DNA of 61,598 nucleotides, the filler included, from Bipalium vagum (Eukaryota), in the NCBI GenBank assembly GCA_037834085.1. It is 3 parts of 3 records of this genome, joined end to end, with 100 filler letters (N's around TTAATTAATTAA, not from the genome) between each part and the next. Parts side by side here need not be neighbours in the genome. Positions count along the whole stretch, not along the records: positions 1 to 18,128 come from JBBMKC010032255.1; positions 18,229 to 34,555 come from JBBMKC010115934.1; 1 more part is not named here. One strand, written 5' to 3'. This document shows, in pieces, positions 12,161-24,768 of this stretch (within the stretch, counting starts at the first letter, position 1; each line of letters opens with the position of its first letter). A program made the translations under genes and the position numbers. The notes below the pieces were generated by a model. It worked only from the letters and a program-made list of their open reading frames with translations. It was not told the DNA's origin and ran no database searches.

Positions 12161-15100
12161 TACATGTTTTACGAATATGATTGCATTATTATTTAGAAAA
12201 TTTAAGAACACCAATTTATGAATAAATTTTAAAATTAATAATAGGATGAGATTTTTATAAATTCATATATTTAATTACAGACAAAAATAAATGACAAAAG
12301 AAAACTTTAGAAAACGTTAGGATATATTTTGAAAAATATTTTAAAAACAAAGGGAAATAAAATTTCAACCACTTTTAATATTCCAGAAGTCCGTAACAAA
12401 CATAACATTGGTAATAATTAATAAGATTTATTCGAATGGGCCCTGTGATTTATAACAGGTGAAAGTAGTGTCAGCAAGTGAGACATAAAACTACAGAAAT
12501 GACCACTCCAAAAAAGCCACATATTTATGAACTTAAGGCCACACTGTTTAATTTTTAAACTGTAAAATAATGTAATATTTATAATAATTTTTTGGTACAT
12601 GTATATTTACTGATATTGTACATTATATAGATTTTACTCATAACGAGGTAGATAGAAAACGTCTTATATTAAGTGTACAAACCTCTTTTTTATTTACAAT
12701 TATTTATTCATATATTTTTAATGAAAATTAATGAAAAACATGTTACTACAAATAATCTCCACCATTAATAGTAATATTTTCTCAGATTTTGGCAATTTTT
12801 GAATTCCATCACAGAAAAAATTATATAAAAACATTTTATCATTTTATGACGTTATCGTAATTCTTAAACCTAGACTCTGTTGGGATGTGTTACAACAATA
12901 GAAAGGTGTTATAATTATTCACAAATGTCTTATTAGTATTAGTTCGAGGATAATAATACATATGATGTCAGCTCTTCTTTAACATGTCTGTTGCAACATG
13001 AGACAGGGAGTTGTCATAAATATATCACTTTCCCATGACTGACAATCCTAATCGTTTGTTAACTTTTTCTTTTGGATATGAAATAAATAGGAAATACTAA
13101 AAAAGATTTAATAAAAATGAAACATCAGAGTTATTTATAAAAATGGAGCTGGAAAATTGTTACACGCCAGTTGCAGATATCCTTGATAATCTTTCTTTTG
13201 TCAAAAACTGAAAATGATGAATAAAAAAGGAATTTTTCAAAATTTAATCGAATGTTAATAAAAAGAAATATTTCAGTTTTGCTTTCTCTCACATTTTCAA
13301 TACTGCTCCTAAATAATAAATAAATAATATCGTTCGAGAAACGATCTGAAATCGTGGACTTTTAATTTCAATTGCTTGATACATTAAGCCATAAAATGAA
13401 CCTGTGCTTAATGGAATAAATCTGAACTGTTATTTATGCTTAAACCCAAATATCTTTCTTTGATCCCGGTTTTGAAAGTACTTGAAATATTTGATTCCCG
13501 ACTATGTCAATGATAAATGAAGCGGAAAATGGAAGAATGGCGAATGATGAATATTATTTCGTCCCAAGAGTTTGAACTTGAAATGTGACTCATTAAAAGG
13601 AAATATATATATAATATTTTCCCTTCATAAAAGACTTTCCAAACAATTAATGCCCAACTCTATGATATCTGAAAGGGAAATCAACGTTTATTAATAAATG
13701 TCATTGATAATGATTTACGTCAATGGCTAAGAAAGTTTCAGCAATAACTTTCCCAGCTGGAAAACAGAAACTGAGCTCATCATCTATTATTTCCGTATTT
13801 TTATTTTTATTTAATATTTTTATTATTCAATAAAATTATTATTATTAACTAATCACTTTATATTATATTTATGCACGATTTATTTTTTTGTTTTAATTAA
13901 ATTGGAAATTGATTCAATTTGAATTGTCATTCAATCAAAACGAGCGTCTGACTGGTGGTAGTTGGTTGTTTTTTTAATGGGAAAATTGAATAAAATTCAC
14001 TTAAGAATAATTCCCATTGGAAAAATGTTAAAAATGTCAAATTCTTTACAATGAAAAATTTCCCGATTTTGACTGTTATTGTCTTACAAAATGAACTTGC
14101 TATGCTCAAAAGCAAGGAAGATAAATAAAATTGATTTTACCTGTTGTTTTTATCCGTCAGGCTTTGCGAGAGAGGAGCATGTTTGATGGATAATTATTGA
14201 TATGTAATTTTATCAAAGATGTTTAGTATTAGTAATAATAATGGTGGTATACGTAAACAACAACATTTTCCTAGAGGAAATATGAAATTGTTTGTTTTAT
14301 TGTAATTTTCAGATCAATTTTATCGGTTTTTATTAAAATAAAAAAGATTCTGTTTTTCAAAAAAAAAAGAACCAATCAAAATGGTTACTTGAAAAAAAGA
14401 CCTTTGTTTCTCATTTAGGTTCCGCATGACTGCTTTGTCAGATGTACTGATAGAAAAGTTAAAAATAATAATATCATGCGTGAATATACAAGTAATGGTT
14501 TTATGTTACAGTTATTGTTTGTTGTTTTTTTTTAAAAAAAGAACTTAATAAACAGTTTTGTTTGGGACTTGACTCAATGAATTGCGATTGTTGAGATCAA
14601 AAACCGAAAATAAAAAGCTGCCGAAAACCTGATTTCTAAATGGTAGAAAACAATATTCATTGAACATTTTGATGAAGTTGGTTGTGGGGAAGTGTTAGTC
14701 ATCGGTTTTCGTTGTTCATAAACAAATTGAGGCGCGCCCATTCAATGTGAGAGCGTTACTTCCCGATGGTGGTGGCCTTGGACTATTGAGAGAGGCATTA
14801 TGACTACGGTCAACTGTGATGATGCAAGCTGCAAAAATGATGCATTCTCCCATTCTGGATGGAACACACCCGTATTCCGTGACAGACAGAGTTCCATATA
14901 TTATGCTATTTGTGACGTGTTTGTATGCTGTATCTGTAGGTCTAATGATAACGAAGTTTAATGAATGTTATCAATATCCCGGTTTCCCCCAGCCAATAAA
15001 TATGAAATCAGCTTCATCGGTTCACCATTAATATTTTCAATATACTAAAAGATTGAAAAGAAGGACTTTTCAAATAACAAAAAAAGGAGAAAAATTGCTG

Positions 15101-17446
15101 CAATTTGTCAATAGTGGTAACGGAAAATATAGCTGCATTTTTTATTGGAAATCTTCATCTTTCATCTGAACAGAGGTTTATGATTGATTAATCAAGTTTT
15201 TTTTTTAATTTCAATGATAACATCTGATGGAGAAAGAAATTTGACCAGAACGAAATGAACGGTTTTTGTCGTCAGTTCTAAACTTTTATTATTTAATTAT
15301 GTGGTCCGTGGTTTTTCTGGCATTCAAAAATTTTTGTTAATTTTTCTTCATTTAATTGAATTAATAATTAATTTTTTGTCAAGTCAATTCCAATGGTAAA
15401 AATCAATTTTTTTAAGTGTAACAACGTAATTCTCTCTACCCTTATGTTTGGAAAATTTAATACCGAAAATGAAATATGAAACGTATTTTTATAAGACAAA
15501 ATATTCGTTCTAATTGTTGAGTATATTAGATATTAAATAATTATAATTATAATAATAGCGTACTTGGGAAAATTTAGGAATGACTAAGCTTACAAGATTT
15601 TTTTTATAAAATTTTAGTATTTTTGAGAATTAAATATTATTTTAATTATCTTTGCTCAAATACATTTTTTCTGATTATTGAGATTTTTTAAAAATCAATT
15701 AATAAATAAATTGTTATATTTAAACAAAAACTTGAATATAAATTAATTAGATATTGGTGTCTGTTTTACATTTTAAAATTATAATATTAACGCAAGCTTC
15801 TGTGTCGTCATATGCAGAACTTAAAAGGCGGTCCTCGTATTAACTGAATTCTTGTAAATAACTCTTATATTTAATGTATTTGTCATTAAAGTATTCATTG
15901 CTGTTGTTATTATAAATTTCTGTTTTATATATTTCCAAAAGAAATATTGTCATTATTGTTATTAGTTACTGCTACGTTATCAACAATTTCTGAATTCATA
16001 AAATCAAGTATAATGTTTATTCGATGAAAATAAATAAATGGTTGAATCCGTGATTTATTTGTACTTAAATAAATTAATTATCTAACATTTTTATTAACGT
16101 TAATTTAATTATTTACCGTTTTTAAAGAAAACTTTAACTTTATTAAAGGTTACTTAAAGCATTATTATTACTTTAAAGATGAAATTTTAATATATTACTT
16201 TAAAATTTATTCCTTGCAATTGTTATAATAAAATGTGATACTTATATTAATAAAAAATGTTTATTTATATTATTTTGCATTTTTAAAACAATCCCTAATG
16301 TGTTCCTAAGAAAAAATTATAGGAATTTAAATTTCTTGACAAAACTAATGAAGATTCTGTACTTAATGTAATGTTTTTTCTTATTTGTAACCTGGCCTGG
16401 CTTTAAATAATTTTTTTGATACGTATATATAAACAAAATCCACTATTAAAATTAAAACAAAACTTAAAATAATAAATTATTGACAATAAATTCAATGTAT
16501 TGGGCGCCAATTTTTTGTCCATTGTTTATAATTTTGTGATGATTCTTTTTGTATTTAAACAAAGTATAATAATTCATTTTTCCAATTATTGTTTTATTCA
16601 TTGAAATTATTTTTTCAAATTGGACATTAATATTTTGTCAATTTCAATTTTTCTCAATTTGTGCCTGAAAGCAGTCCTCATTTGGTTCGGTAAAAGATGA
16701 TGTTTAGTATAAAATAATAATTTAATGGTTAGAGATTGGTCAATTACCTTTATGGCCTGAAATGAACAGTAATTTTTTTTAATTATTCTTTTATTTTATT
16801 AATCAGTTGTTACATTTTTTAGAGTAATTTTTAACACAATAAAGATTTTTGAGTATGAAAATTATTAAAATTTTATAAAATTCGATTTTTATTTTTTTTT
16901 TCTTTATTTTTCATAATGATTATAAAATGCAGTCAAACTGCTGGCAGTTGTTTTAATTGGTTAAGTGTGTACGTTATTCGAGATTTACTAAATATTTAAA
17001 CAAAACCTTTCAATTTCTTAGATCAATATCACTGATAAATTATAAGTTATAAGTTATCAGTGATAACACCAAAAGTTGATTGTTTTAAAAGAGCGATAAG
17101 AAATCCATAATTCAAAAATATAAAAGTTAATTACTTTGTTTTAATACACTTTCTAAATTATTATCTAATATAAATAATATTTACTAAAAATTAATAATTT
17201 GATACATTTTTTTCTGAAAAAGAAAGTATTAGAGTTTCACAATAAAATTAAATCCTAAATTAATGGAATTTATTTATATTATCTAATTATAAAATTCTCA
17301 TAACGATTGTTTAAACAAAAAAATTATTAATTGCATTTAATGATTATTTTATTAATTTCCCAATTTTAATATCTTATATTTAAGTAACAACCAAAAATGC
17401 ATTAATCATTATAGATATTTATTATTAATTATTATTTTTATTATTA

Positions 17447-17450
<4 letters not shown>

Positions 17451-17483
<33 letters not shown>
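17451..17483. repeat. (ATT)n microsatellite
   Basis: About 11 consecutive ATT units. Confidence 0.9.
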
Positions 17484-17493
<10 letters not shown>

Positions 17494-18128
17494 GCTAATA
17501 TTTTCATAATGTTTAATTCTTAACAAGTCTTTTATCAAACTATTTTTCATGCTATATTAAACGTTTGTGTTATTTTTATGAATTATTTCCTTTGTAATAA
17601 TTTATAATATGAAGTATATTTAAAAGTTGAGCATTTTTAAAAATTTTATTGATTAAAAAAGTATTGATTATTTGTTAATTGAAAGAAACTAAATGAATAA
17701 TCTTTCTCGTTATCGGTGTTATGGAAATTTATCCGTCTAATAAAATTTATTTTTTTTAGTTACTTTTACAATTAATATTTATTTTATTATCATGATTACA
17801 AATAAAATAAGTGAATATCATTTTTTATTTTTTTCACAGCACTTATTACAATATATAAAATTGCTCTTAGAACTTTACAAATACGGTTGAATAAAACTAT
17901 GAAATAGGTTTTAATGGTGTTGAGTACTTTTGTTCTTCAAGGATCTCAAAAAAACATTTCACAACCAATTTCATCGTAAGCTTCACGCTAGTTTTTACAG
18001 CTTCAAATGTTCATTAAAAAAGTGAATTCTTTTTTTCGAATAATTTTAATAAATGCCAAACAGACTAAGTGAATGTGTGGCCAAGAAAGGTGGCCATACT
18101 CATTACTAATTTTTATGTATAGATATGT

Positions 18129-18228
18129 NNNNNNNNNNNNNNNNNNNNNNNNNNNNNNNNNNNNNNNNNNNNTTAATTAATTAANNNNNNNNNNNNNNNN
18201 NNNNNNNNNNNNNNNNNNNNNNNNNNNN
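18129..18228. other. Assembly gap linker N44-TTAATTAATTAA-N44
   Basis: Exactly 100 nt; the central 12-mer gives stop codons in all six frames. An identical linker lies at 34556-34655. Confidence 0.97.
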
Positions 18229-18290
18229 TTATCATTTGTATATATAAATAAATTTTTTGTATAGCGTTTCTATTTCATTGGCCACAACTG
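18229..18290. mobile_element. Tc1-like terminal inverted repeat at contig edge
   Basis: ...CATTGGCCACAACTG|TA, a CAGT-type terminus with TA target site, next to the gap. Confidence 0.5.
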
Positions 18291-18590
18291 TATATATATA
18301 TATATTATTCCATATGGATATTCCTTAAGAAACTAATACAACAAATGAAAATATAAAATTTGATTGAAGGGAAAATGAAAACAAAATAAACGAATAAAAA
18401 TTGCATCGAAAATAAAAATATGTACAAAAATTAAAATAAAAATAATCGGATTTTAGGCATCGTTTTTCAATCATAAATAAAAGCACTAATCTTGGAAATT
18501 GACAATAAGATACTTAAGTAATACATCAATAATAATAATAATAATAATGTGTAAAACAACTATTTATTGTTATTTCAATATTTTTATTAC

Positions 18591-21500
18591 CTCGTCAAGA
18601 ATTTCGGATATATCCTGTTCCAATACTTGTTTTGTTGCATTCGATTCCTCGGGCAGTATTTTATTTAAAATCACTGATGTCTCACTATTGATTAAAGGTT
18701 GAGTAATTATTTTTTCCACTTCTTTATTCTGGCGACCCCATAAATAATCCCACCAACCACTCGCTTGTGGAGCCTGATTAAACGTTTCATTCTAACAGCT
18801 TAAAATAAAACCAAATTTCGGTTTAAAATCAAACCCGAGTTATTTCTCGACTTTTCCGATTGACTCTTTCCATTGCCACCTCTCGTAGATATACTAAGCT
18901 GTCAAAGTCTAATTCCGAATCTAATTGGTTTTGAAAATCCAATTCGTTAGAGCTGTCTTTGTTCAACAAATATTCTTCATAACATTGCACATATTTAACA
19001 AGATTTCTTGCTCGTTCGACCAATGCTTTACCCTTACAGTCATCTCGAATATGCTCCGATATTGCAAATTTCCACCATTCTTTGGGCCTGGGTATAAATT
19101 TTGTAAAGCAACAGTATAATTAGCAAAATTATTTGAAAAAAATTATTCAAATTAAAACGATAATTGCTAATTAAATCGAAATAAATATTTTAGACCAGTT
19201 TTAATATCCTATCCTTTTAGCATTGTGAATGAAATTTTTTGAATGAAGTATATTCCAATATTTTTCAAGTTTAAAAATCATTAATCCTAAATAACTTGAA
19301 AATTTCAATAATTAATTAGACTTCACCATTTAATTAAAAAACTATTTTATAAAATTAACTTTAATATCAAAAATTAAACCTTTTATTGCCAGTTTCCAGA
19401 CAATCAAATAAATCAATATCTTAACGTCGAGTTGAGTTATGAGAAAAAACCATTTTATCACTTCAAAAATATAACATTATTCCAATAAAAATTATTAGTT
19501 ATTAATAAGTAATTTTTGTTGTAATTTAAAAATGAAAAATAATAAAACGCTATGTTTCATTTTTATCGAGTTCATCATTTTCAATATCGAAGTCTTGTTT
19601 TAATAAACTGAAATGCAAAAATGATTATTTTTAGTTTTATATAATCAAAGTTAATAATTATATTTGATTTAAAACCAAACAATGTAATTGAAAACAAATA
19701 ATTAGGCTGAAAAGAATTTAAAAATATCTATAATAAAAATATTAAAACGAACGCCTCCATTATGGATAATTGTGGTCTATACTTCATGTGATGTTTTAAA
19801 CAATCAAACCGTTCTATTTCATCTGAAAGGCAGGTCGCAACTCTGAATTGAGCCTGGGATAAACTAACTTCAACCAATTTCATTTTTAAATGAAGAGAAA
19901 TTCTTGGCATATCGGTCATCGGGAAGGTGTTTAAATTTCTTTTCATTATGCCATTTAACGATATAGGTTTCACTATAAAATCACACTCTGTTAATTTTCC
20001 TATCTAAACAATATATGTCATATTTCTAAGACACATTAAAATGAAAATTTCTTTTACTTTTTGCTGAAGTAATACTTTAATATTTTCTGAACACACATCT
20101 TCACAACAATTTTGGCTGTGTGGCTCTAAATAAATACTGACTCCACTAAGCTCTACTTGTTTGTTTACCACGTCCATTTCTGTTTTTAACTCACTTTTGG
20201 ATTCCTGGTGAAATGTGAATTCAATTTTGCATATTTACATAAAAAATAACGTAGAAATATAAAAATTTAATTAATAATTTTGAGATAAATTCATTTCAAA
20301 TATTAATTTTTTTTAAAGATTCCCTTTTAAAGTCGATAAAATAAAATTCCCACTGTAGTCATATGAAGAAAGATTTAAGCAATTGTGTATAAATTTATGA
20401 TAATTATTAATAATGTTCAGATGATTAATTTTATTCACATTTCGAGAAATACTTTTACTTTAATCATTTGAAGACTAACAAAAAATTCACAAGAGTTTCA
20501 TTATGATGATTTTCGTATCTTTAGTAAGAAAAATGATTAATTAATTATACTACTACTAATAATTATTATTGTAATTATAATAACAATAATAATATATAAT
20601 TATTGGATCAAAAAGTTGAAAATGAAGATTTTCTAACGAAAGAGACACTTCGTTTTTTGGCATTGATTTAAATGTTTTGATTTAAAATATGAAGTAATTT
20701 TCAAATTTTAAACAACTGTTTTAAGGATTCTTAAAAATTGTAAATTTTGAACGTTCAGATCCACTGAAAATTATTTGAAGGTGCATAATTGAAAATATAA
20801 AACAGGCAGAACAAAAATCGACATTGGTAAATTAATTACACTTAAATCAACAAGTAGTGATCGCTTAAGAACGGCCGGAAAGAAATTTTATCATATGAAT
20901 TGAATAAACGAAGCACATGATAGCGAAGTCTTTGCAACGCATAATTCCTGAGATGGAAGAGCTGATTTATTTACAATCTTTAACGAGAAAAATCGTTGGT
21001 AAATCCAGAGCAACGGCAATCACAATGTTTAGTTGACTTAAAAAGGTTCTTTGTATCATGAGATGCAGAAAATTTTTTCATAACTTTTACAAAATATATA
21101 ATTGATTAAACTAAGTCGTTCTGCTTAAACAAATCCACAGTAAGTAGAGCAAAAAATTAGTCAGTTTACTGAAAGACATGTGGAAAAACAGTAAAACAAA
21201 AATGAAACTCAGCCCAACATGGTTAAATCTTCAGAAAAATATACGATCCGAATCACGCCTTCTCAAATTTGATGCTAATAAAAGGTCTGAAGAAAGGATC
21301 ACGTCGTATTTTTCTGTTATCAGTTCACAGGTTAGAAAGTGATGGCAATTATATTCAGTATAACATTTTTTAAACCCGTTTTTAATATAATTATCTTCAT
21401 TTTTTTCTTTGAAGACAATAAATATTTCAATGGTGAAATATTTATAGAATTTCTCATTTCAAATTTATCGAAATTTATATTTTTTACAGGAAAATACTTT

Positions 21501-23517
21501 ATTACCAAAATTTGATTTTAACTCTTATTTTTAAGAATTTAATATTAAAAAAATAATTTTTGATTAAATTAAAAATTGTCTTACCCATTCAAAATCCGAG
21601 CTTTTCATTGAAAATTCATCAATAATAAGACCAGTGGAAAAAATTTGTGATGGAATAGTTAAATTGTCTTCATATCTAATGTGAACATTTCTGACTTCAA
21701 TTTGTATATTGCGTAATATTCGATATCCAAGTGATGCAACATAGGATAACCACTGTCTTGATTCAGATTTTTCATTATTTAATTGATGGGCAATTTTCTG
21801 TTTCACAATGATAATTATCTTAATTAATTATTTACACCATCGTAAATACTTTACGCCATTTTGCTTCCAAAGAATTCAAGAGCAACTGTTTCATCATATC
21901 TTCGTTTTTGAATATTTTTTCTGAAATCTTCCAATTGCTATTTGGTACGGCTACAATGGAAATGTCCTCAATCATGATTGCCCAGGCTTGAGAGCGAAAT
22001 CGAGTATATGGTATACGCAGTGTAATCCGTCCAATAAGACCTAGAATTGAAATCAAAGTTAATAAAGTTAAAATCGAGATCAAAAAAATTATTAGTATTA
22101 GTTAACTAATAGTTCATGATTGAAATTTTCAAACAATTTCCTTACTTTCTCCTTAAATTGGTTCGCTTTACGTGCAATATACAAGAATGTTACCAGTTAG
22201 TATATATTGTGAGAAATAAAAAATAATTATAAAAAATCATAAGTGATAGGTTCAATAAGCAGCAGAGCTAATGTATAAAATTTATTATTTGTAAAAACCA
22301 TGAAAAAACCTTAAGAAATTTCCGACATTCTGAAAGAAAAATTATCCACATCATTGGAAAAGAAGGAAAAAATTAATATTCTCTAGTACTAACATTAGAC
22401 ATTGTCCACAGCATTATCCAAATCTTGATTAATTGAAATTGTGCTCAAAATTTGTACAAATGTTATTAAAATATGAAAAACAGAAAATGGCCTAAAATAC
22501 TTTAAAAATTATGATTGTAATAATAAAATTATTTCAAATACTATAGGAGATAAAAATCTAGTAATCGTTCAGAATCATACAATCCTCAGATGAGTGAAAC
22601 TTTCAAAAGCCAAAGTCATAAAAAATCTAAAATTGAACAAAACTCATGGGATCATCTAATCAGTGCTGAAATTTTTCAAACTAAGCGGAGATTATTTGAA
22701 ATGAAGATGAAAAACAGATTCTATTTTTTTATTTGCATATCTCAATAATCATAAACCAATGTATGTGTAAAAGTTAAAGACCATGGCAAGACAATTTTTC
22801 AAAATATTCTGTTCAAGACTTTCAGAAACTTTTCAATGATCTTGTGAATTATTTGAAATTTGTGATTAGTGAGAATGGCAATTACAGTGAAAAATTAAAC
22901 TCCCATATTTTGCTTGTTTATTTATATTGTTAAATATAAATTTATTATAGCGAATTTTTCTTTTTCAGGACTGCTACTTTATTAATGAATCGATATTATT
23001 ATGAAATGATAAAAATGAAAGACCTAAGTGAATCCCGTTATCTTATGAGAAAACCATAAATTTATTCCTTGCTTATTTTATAATTATCGTATTGAATCGA
23101 ATTTCAATATGCGATTAAAAACTCAATTCCACTTAAATTAAAACAGAAAACTGTCTAATTTTTTCAGTTTCTTTAAAGGTATTTAAATGAAAAAAAAATC
23201 GTTTCTAGAGATTTTCTAAAATATAAGATAAACTGTGTAATATATAGCCAAATATATTAGAAATATAAATGGAACAAATAAAAGGACAAACAGCCAACCT
23301 GACTTCACAAGTATAGGCCATTCCAATAAATTTTCGAGAACACTTTTTTTCAGAGCAAGATTGTCCAGTCGAATATCACCTGAAAACTCAATAAACCAAC
23401 TTTTATCAAAAAAACAGAACCTTTGAATATTCCTGTTTTCACATTTTGACTGCTAAAATTCTCGACATATTTACCGATGATTTTGTCGAGAAGATAAGTA
23501 ATTATCTGATTGATCAT
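18591..23517 (-). CDS. VPS13D: VPS13D-like bridge lipid-transfer protein, first 8 coding exons (Chorein-N region, 478 codons; 3' part absent from window)
   Basis: Hand-spliced GT-AG exons with consistent phase: 23517-23421, 23379-23299, 22040-21850, 21797-21585, 20204-20058, 20003-19753, 19087-18835, 18791-18591. Protein MINQIITYLLDKIIGKYVENFSSQNVKTGIFKGDIRLDNLALKK...GLIGRITLRIPY...AWAIMIE...LEAKW...ILRNIQIEVRNVHIRYED...KYRP...PKEWWKFA...GWWDYLWG. LEAKW, WLSYVAS and MPRI favour the D paralogue. VPS13 family is certain; the paralogue call is less so. Confidence 0.9.
20720..21350 (+). mobile_element. Highly decayed DNA transposon, possibly hAT, in VPS13D intron 4
   Basis: GC-richer, coding-like segment with weak hAT-like stretches (EAHDSEVFA, CIMRCRKFFHNFYK). 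No intact ORF. Confidence 0.3.
22190..22880 (+). mobile_element. Decayed Tc1/mariner remnant in VPS13D intron 2
   Basis: The 3' end translates to FSKYSVQDFQKLFNDL...KFVISENGNYSEKL, like a Tc1/mariner transposase C-terminus. Confidence 0.5.
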
Positions 23518-23681
23518 TTTTCCCACTTCTAGAAAATTTATTGAATTAATATTTCAACATCAATAATAACATAATATTTTTGTCTATGATTAAACAATTT
23601 TCTATGAATAAAAAAAATTTAATAAAAGAGAAATCTCCAAAATAAGTTTTATTTACACAGACACACGCATTAGTTGAGCAA

Positions 23682-23952
23682 TTATTTCTTGTTAAAATCC
23701 TGAGAATCTAAAAGCTTATTCTGATCTAAATCTTTAAGACTCAAACCAAGTTGATCCAAATCGCTGCGTAGGCATCTAGTTTAAGTAAAAAATATGAAAT
23801 ATATAACTTTATTTTCTTTACTTTAAGTAAGTTTCTAGTTTATCAGTACAAGGGTCGTTCTTGTCACCAGACAAGAATTTCGGAAAGAAATCCGAAAAAC
23901 ACGAATCATAGATTTTTTTATGCTCATTACAAGTTTTACTAAAGCTTGGCAT
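23682..23952 (-). CDS. TRIAP1: TRIAP1/Mdm35 homologue (twin CX9C mitochondrial intermembrane-space protein), 74 aa
   Basis: Exons 23952-23822 and 23775-23682 with a 46-nt GT-AG intron. Protein MPSFSKTCNEHKKIYDSCFSDFFPKFLSGDKNDPCTDKLETYLKCLRSDLDQLGLSLKDLDQNKLLDSQDFNKK*: two CX9C motifs plus the YDxCF...KFLxG...DPC family signature. Absent from the ORF track. Confidence 0.92.
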
Positions 23953-24768
23953 ATGTTTTTGAGCCGCTAAATTTGAAGGCTTTTTGTCTGCCTAAAATTA
24001 GAAGATCATTATTTCTATTATAATTATTATTATCAAAGATTATAGTCTACTAATCAAACAGCACTGTTGTGATAATCAAAATCCAAAAATACAAGACAGG
24101 AACATAGAAAAACATTTATTTCTTTACACAAAAACACAAAATACAGTCTACTTTAATTGACCTTGGCAATGATATCTAAATAAAAGTTTTTCGTTAATAT
24201 AACATTAAAAAGTTATATAAATTGATGAATGAGAATGAAAAGCCTCATTTAGAAGTTAAAAGTTTTCCTTAAGTTACAGTTCACCAATATTTAGTGATAT
24301 TAATAAATCAATAGAATTAAAAGATATTAATCTAACAGATTATTTTTTTTATAAAATTTGGTTCTCTTGAATAATTCAAACGATTATTGCTTTAAAATAA
24401 CAAAAGACCTTCCATTATTCTATCAAAGAATTACTTTGATAAAAATAACGGATTTTATTTATGAGGAGCATGTTATATGATATACTTTAGATATTAATTT
24501 AAAAATGGTTTCTACTTAGTATAGTACTTACAAACTAAAGTAGCTAATTCAACTTTCAATGTGAAAAACAAGTTTTATTTATGCATGACTGAAAATTTAT
24601 AAAAAATGTTTACTATCAGATTTTTAAAGTTTCTATTATTTCTGAGCTTACGTTTTAAACAATTGTAATAAATAAAAATATAACTGTTCAATACTACAAG
24701 AAAAGCAAAGATTTATAATAATGTTGTGAAAATTTAAATACTAATTTCATTAGGTTAAAAAAATCATA

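Noticed and set aside
14816-15031. ORF-track 71-aa ORF MMMQAAKMMHSP...
   Set aside because: One of several equally open frames in a GC-richer island with no recognisable homology; reported only as an unexplained island.
18173-18184. TTAATTAATTAA palindrome between N runs (again at 34600-34611)
   Set aside because: Identical N44-12mer-N44 structure at both gaps: an artificial six-frame-stop scaffolding linker, not biology.
21170-21181. TGAAAGACATG, matching the start of miR-71
   Set aside because: The match ends after 11 nt, there is no hairpin, and it lies within a TE-like remnant.
22583-22600. CAGATGAGTGAAAC resembling a hammerhead ribozyme core
   Set aside because: Lacks the CUGANGA core and the required stems.
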